A stretch of 32,000 nt of DNA, taken from Raphidiopsis brookii D9 (GTDB taxonomy: Bacteria > Cyanobacteriota > Cyanobacteriia > Cyanobacteriales > Nostocaceae). Shown here piece after piece: positions 27,890 to 32,000 of this stretch. How positions within the stretch are numbered: position 1 is the first letter of the stretch; each line of letters starts with the position of its first letter. Below the pieces are notes generated by a model. The model was not told the DNA's origin. It saw only the letters and a program-made list of their open reading frames with translations, and searched no databases. The stretch is taken from assembly GCA_000175855.1 (NCBI GenBank), contig ACYB01000006.1:52768-84767 (forward strand), written 5' to 3'. A program made the translations under genes and the position numbers.

Positions 27890-28999
27890 CTGCAACAAAT
27901 TCTTGCTTCTGGTAAAATCAACATGGCATCACCAAAAGAATAGAAACGATATCTAGATGCGATCGCCTGGTTGTAAACATCTAGTAGTCTTTCTCGACCA
28001 ATTAAGGAACTAACTAACATAAGCAAACTAGAACGAGGTAGATGAAAGTTAGTAATAAGACCTTCCACGACACGCCATTGATAGCCTGGATAAATAAAAG
28101 AGATTAACTTTGCCCGTATACGGTTGTAAGGAACCACTTTGGGCAGCACCTTCTAAAGCGCGAACTACCGTAGTACCAACCGCAATAATTCGCCCTCCAG
28201 CATTTTTGGTAGCGTAAATCTTCTCTACTAAGTCCCCACTAACTTCTATCCATTCTTCATGCATTTGGTGGGTGGTAACGTCTTCCACTTCCACTGGTCG
28301 AAATGTACCGACACCAACATGTAAAGTGAGAAATTCCTGTTGAATACCGCTCTCTCGCAACTTGACCAATAGTTCTGGTGTAAAGTGAAGTCCTGCTGTG
28401 GGAGCTGCCACAGCACCGTCGTGTTTAGCATATACAGTTTGATATTGCTCCTCCAGCGCATGAGAGTTATTAATATAAGGTGGTAAGGGAATCTTTCCCA
28501 ATTTGTGTAAAAAATGGAGCAAAGAAACATTTATAGGCAAATCAAATCGCAATAATCTACCGCCCGTATTCTCATCCCGTTCAATCACCGTAGCAGTGAG
28601 TTGGGGTATTAATTTATTCACAGAGGATAATCCCTGATCATCAAAAATAATTTCAGTTCCGATATTAAAATATTTACCTGGTTTAACCAATGCTAACCAA
28701 CAATTATGTTGTTTTTCTTCCAAAAGCAACACTTCCACTCTTGCTCCTGTGGACTTGCGACCATATAGTCGAGCGGGGATAACTCGTGTATTATTCATCA
28801 CTAATAAATCCCCAGGTTTTAACAATTCTGGTAGGTCTCTAAAGATGTGGTCTAGTGGGGGTGTTAGTGTTCCTGCAGGGGGATTAATTACCATTAAGCG
28901 AGAGTTATCTCTGGGAACCACGGGGTTCTGGGCAATTAATTCTGGAGGTAGTTCATAGTCATATCCAGATAATGAGATATCTAGGTCACTATTTTGCAT
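27886..28999 (-). pseudogene. queA: S-adenosylmethionine:tRNA ribosyltransferase-isomerase, frame broken once as sequenced
   Basis: ORF 28049..28999 starts MQNSDLDISLSGYDYELPPELIAQNPVVPRDNSRLMV... and ends ...[27 protein letters not shown]. The adjacent frame (27886..28149) reads ...[64 protein letters not shown], the canonical QueA C-terminus. The break is at coding TTTT (plus-strand A4, 28096-28099). 1114 nt is 3n+1. Confidence 0.85.
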
Positions 29000-29210
29000 T
29001 CTTAATTCTTTGAATCAGGATATTTAGGAGCTATGTCTAATTGGCGGCCATAAGACTATAATTATAGCTTATGGTCAAATTACTTATTAAGTTAGTTCCT
29101 GGATAAATGTTGTGTCCTTTGCCCTACATAAACGGAACTTCACAAGTTGTGTATAAATGTGTATAGCGTTTATATGAAATTTGGTTGTGCTTTTTTCATT
29201 TTCCGCTATC

Positions 29211-29243
29211 GGGGTGTCTGTTTAACAGACATCCCTTGTTTTT
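29211..29243 (+). terminator. Orphan intrinsic terminator-like hairpin in a non-coding region
   Basis: GGGGTGTCTG (29211-29220), loop TTTAA, CAGACATCCC (29226-29235). This is a 10-bp stem with one G-U pair, followed by TTGTTTTT. There is no plus-strand CDS upstream; queA diverges on the minus strand. Confidence 0.5.
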
Positions 29244-29290
29244 AGTCCCTCGATTTACTGACTATTTAGCGATCGCTCGTCTCTTGAGTC

Positions 29291-29334
29291 TAAATCTCCA
29301 CTAAATCTCCACTAAATCTCCACTAAATCTTCAC
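29291..29334. repeat. Tandem 11-mer repeat TAAATCTCCAC x4 (last copy TAAATCTTCAC)
   Basis: Read directly: copies at 29291-29301, 29302-29312, 29313-29323 and 29324-29334. It begins 15 nt after the end of a HIP1 site (29269-29276). Confidence 0.95.
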
Positions 29335-29380
29335 AAATTTTTCATTCTTAATTTTATGATGAAGTAAATAGGAAACTTTT

Positions 29381-29415
29381 ATGTAAGTAGGTCGGCCTAC
29401 ATATATTCTCTTTTT
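29381..29415 (+). terminator. Weaker terminator-like hairpin plus T-tract
   Basis: Core stem GTAGG (29387-29391), loop TCGG, CCTAC (29396-29400), extended by 5 A/U-rich pairs across an A-A mismatch. It is followed by TCTCTTTTT (T5 at 29411-29415). Confidence 0.3.
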
Positions 29416-29868
29416 GGATCAGCAGGATAAATTGTTAAGAAACAGTCAAAAACTTGTAATTTTTATTACATCAATTTAACTTATACTTAACCTATGAATA
29501 TTAGCTAAAGTCCGGATTTAGCAATGGTTTTGATGACTGAATGGAATATGTAGATCAAAAGCTCTAAAGTAAAAAGTTAAGTAATGTTAAACTTTAGAAT
29601 TGAGTGGTAGACAAAATCAAATTGAATGTGATATTGTTTATCATGGTTAGGTGAAGGCATCGAAGTTGGGGGCAAAATAACTTATGCTTACTAGCAATAC
29701 TGCTGCCAAAATTCTGAAACCGGATTGATATCGTGACGATTTTATTGGGTTTCAGCCCTATATTTGTAAAATTGGCAAATGTATTATACTAACCAAGCTG
29801 AAAGGTTTAGTTAGCTAATTCAAATACCGTTACGAGACAACAATAACAGTCTGAAATAGGGGTACTAA

Positions 29869-32000
29869 ATGAGTCAAAAAAATGTGCTTTGCTTCGACGG
29901 AAAATGGAATCATGTGGTTTTACCACCAGACAATAGTGATTATTCCCAGGGAATTACAGTGGAAGCATGGGTCTGGTACGGTAGTTTTGGACAGAACTGG
30001 TCGAGAATTGTTGACTTTGGCAACGGACAAGGACGAAACAATATTGTTTTGGCTCATGCAGGAACATCTAATTCTCTGGCATTCCATACATTCACCAGTA
30101 CGGGGGGATATGCTGTTGAAGTTCCCAATGCATTAGAAATAGGTAAGTGGGCACATGTCGCTGCTACCATCGATAAGTCTGGAGAAGCTAAACTTTACAA
30201 AAATGGTAAATTGATTCAAACGAAACCATTCCGTCTTCCAGACAATGTGGAACGCAAGCTAAACTACATAGGAAAGAGTAACTGGCCAAATAATGATGGT
30301 TTCTTTCAAGGTAAAATGGCTGAGGTCAGGCTGTGGAATGTTGCCCGCACCCCAGAGGAAATTGAACAAAACATGAACCGCCGTTTGAGTGGAAATGAGG
30401 CAGGATTAGTAGCTTATTACCCTTTGAATGGGGATGCTAATGATAAAACCAAAAATGCTAGGCATGGCATCATCATTGGTGCTACTTGGCAACAGGAAGA
30501 ACTCCCTATTCAGGAGCCTAATGTGAATCAAAATCAAACAACAACTCAAACAACAACATTTATTACACCCGATAGATTATTACCGAAATATGATGCGGTA
30601 ATAGTGGGAGCAGGGATAGCTGGAGCTATTGTTGCTAAAACATTGAGTCAACAGGGAAAAACCGTCCTAATCCTGGAAGCGGGAGAAGCTAAAGAGTTGA
30701 CCTTGTCAGGATTTCAACATTATTTGGATACCTTCTATGGGTCCACAGAAAAGCATCCCAACTCTCCCTATCCAGAAAATCACTATGTCCAAAGTCCCAT
30801 GGACGATAACGGGTATTTTGTAGAAAAGGGTCCAATGACTCTTAGTGGCTCTTATACTAGGGTCCTAGGAGGAACAACCATGCATTGGGAAGCGAAGACA
30901 CCTAGAATGTTGCCCAATGATTTCAAGACCAAAAGTCTTTATGGTCAGGGTCTGGACTGGCCGATTTCTTACGACGACCTGATGCCTTATTATCAACAAG
31001 CAGAGTATGAAATAGGGGTTTCTGGAGATGTAGAAGAGCAGAAAAGCCTGGGCCTCAAGTTTGAAGACGGATATGTCTTTCCCATGGAAAAAATGCCACC
31101 ATCATTCCTAGACCAGAAAGTTATAGAAAAGGTGGATGGCACAAAGGTTCAGGTTTGTGGCGAAACCGTAGAGTTAAAATTCTCCACCTTCCCCCAGGGA
31201 CGTAATGGCATACCCAATCCTAAGTATAATCAGGGTAATTTATTTGTGCCTCAAGGGGTTAGCAGTGTTACTCCTGTTCAATATGGAGAACGTTGTCAAG
31301 GGAACGCTAATTGTGTGCCAATTTGTCCAGCTCAAGCTAAATATGATGCTCGTCGTACCCTAGCAAGAGCTCTAGAAACAGGTCGGGTTCACATATTACC
31401 AAAAGCAGTAGCTTTCCATATCAATTACAATCGTGAAAACGGCCGTATACAAAGCATTGAGTACAAGTATTATGGAAACGAAAAAACCGGTTCCGTTGAT
31501 TCTCCTCTAAAAGTTGAGGGGACATTATTTGTTCTAGGAGCAAATGCTGTGGAAAATGCCCGACTCATGCTATCTTGTAATTTACCTAACACAAGTGGTA
31601 TGATTGGGCGGCATTTAATGGATCACCCCTTCGTTTTAGCTTGGGCTCTGATGCCAGAAGTAACTGGAACTATGCGTGGACCTTTGGTAACTTCAGGTAT
31701 TGGCACTTTGCGAGATGGAACATTCCGTGCCAAGCAATCTGGATTTGCCATGGATATTCACAATGATGGTTGGGGATGGGCAACCGGATCCCCTGATACG
31801 GAATTATTTGATGCTGTTGATCACAAGAACAAATATGGTGCGGAATTGCGCGAAACTCTGATTAATAGAATCTCGCGTCAACTGTTACTAGCATTTATGT
31901 GTGAAATGCCTCCTGATATCAGTAACCGTGTAACCATCGATCCGAAGTACAAGGATAAGCTAGGTAATTATCGCCCGGTAATTAATTATAACTTGCCAGA
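29869..32000 (+). CDS. Fusion protein: N-terminal LamG/concanavalin-A-like lectin domain plus GMC-family FAD oxidoreductase. The 3' end runs off the window.
   Basis: My translation from ATG 29869 is open to the window end (710 codons). It reads MSQKNVLCFDGKWNHVVLPPDNSDYSQGITVEAWVW...WSRIVDFGN...GKWAHVAATIDKSGEAKLYKNGKL...FFQGKMAEVRLWNVARTPEEI (Laminin_G_3-like). An N/Q/T linker follows, then YDAVIVGAGIAGAIVAKTLSQQGKTVLILEAG (FAD dinucleotide fold) and ERCQGNANCVPICPAQAKYDA with LMDHP (GMC-like). The gene is missing from the track because it is edge-truncated. Confidence 0.8.
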   Translation, partial: MSQKNVLCFDGKWNHVVLPPDNSDYSQGITVEAWVWYGSFGQNWSRIVDFGNGQGRNNIVLAHAGTSNSLAFHTFTSTGGYAVEVPNALEIGKWAHVAATIDKSGEAKLYKNGKLIQTKPFRLPDNVERKLNYIGKSNWPNNDGFFQGKMAEVRLWNVARTPEEIEQNMNRRLSGNEAGLVAYYPLNGDANDKTKNARHGIIIGATWQQEELPIQEPNVNQNQTTTQTTTFITPDRLLPKYDAVIVGAGIAGAIVAKTLSQQGKTVLILEAGEAKELTLSGFQHYLDTFYGSTEKHPNSPYPENHYVQSPMDDNGYFVEKGPMTLSGSYTRVLGGTTMHWEAKTPRMLPNDFKTKSLYGQGLDWPISYDDLMPYYQQAEYEIGVSGDVEEQKSLGLKFEDGYVFPMEKMPPSFLDQKVIEKVDGTKVQVCGETVELKFSTFPQGRNGIPNPKYNQGNLFVPQGVSSVTPVQYGERCQGNANCVPICPAQAKYDARRTLARALETGRVHILPKAVAFHINYNRENGRIQSIEYKYYGNEKTGSVDSPLKVEGTLFVLGANAVENARLMLSCNLPNTSGMIGRHLMDHPFVLAWALMPEVTGTMRGPLVTSGIGTLRDGTFRAKQSGFAMDIHNDGWGWATGSPDTELFDAVDHKNKYGAELRETLINRISRQLLLAFMCEMPPDISNRVTIDPKYKDKLGNYRPVINYNLP

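Noticed and set aside
29882-30136. 84-aa plus-strand ORF given in the track
   Set aside because: It is out of frame within the much longer LamG-GMC reading frame that starts at 29869 and stays open to the window end. The long frame has clear domain motifs and this one has none.

Overview
This window looks like core chromosome of an AT-rich filamentous, heterocyst-forming cyanobacterium (Nostocales type). The evidence is about 12 copies of the HIP1 octamer GCGATCGC, petB-petD, glnB, a hetF-like CHAT protease preceded by NsiR1-like sRNA repeats, tocopherol genes and ktrBA. I found about 30 protein genes and no rRNA, tRNA, CRISPR array, transposase or defence island. There is no convincing new multi-gene system here, and I do not claim one.

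The observations most worth a second look are:
- Six, possibly seven, conserved genes (PP2C phosphatase, DUF2232-like, GNAT, DUF3038-like, hetF, queA, and perhaps the ctpA 5' end) are each broken by one single-base indel inside a short homopolymer. This means either systematic homopolymer sequencing error or real gene decay.
- Two tandem ~58-nt sRNA units lie upstream of and antisense to hetF. Each has a TCCGGA (DIF1-type) promoter motif and an intrinsic terminator, which fits NsiR1.
- A 1155-aa protein fuses a coiled-coil and acidic N-terminal half to a divergent Hsp70/actin-like ATPase. It sits in a same-strand string with a small coiled-coil protein, an ABC1 kinase and a PP2C phosphatase.
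- A DUF3038-like/DUF4335-like gene pair of unknown function shows an internal domain duplication.
- An ~870-nt non-coding region contains two orphan terminators, a 4x 11-mer tandem repeat and a third TCCGGATT motif. It lies upstream of a LamG-GMC oxidoreductase fusion.
- A TGTAATT motif occurs three times at exactly 17-nt spacing in the petB-petD spacer.

Family and DUF names are assigned from motifs I recognise by eye and need HMM confirmation.
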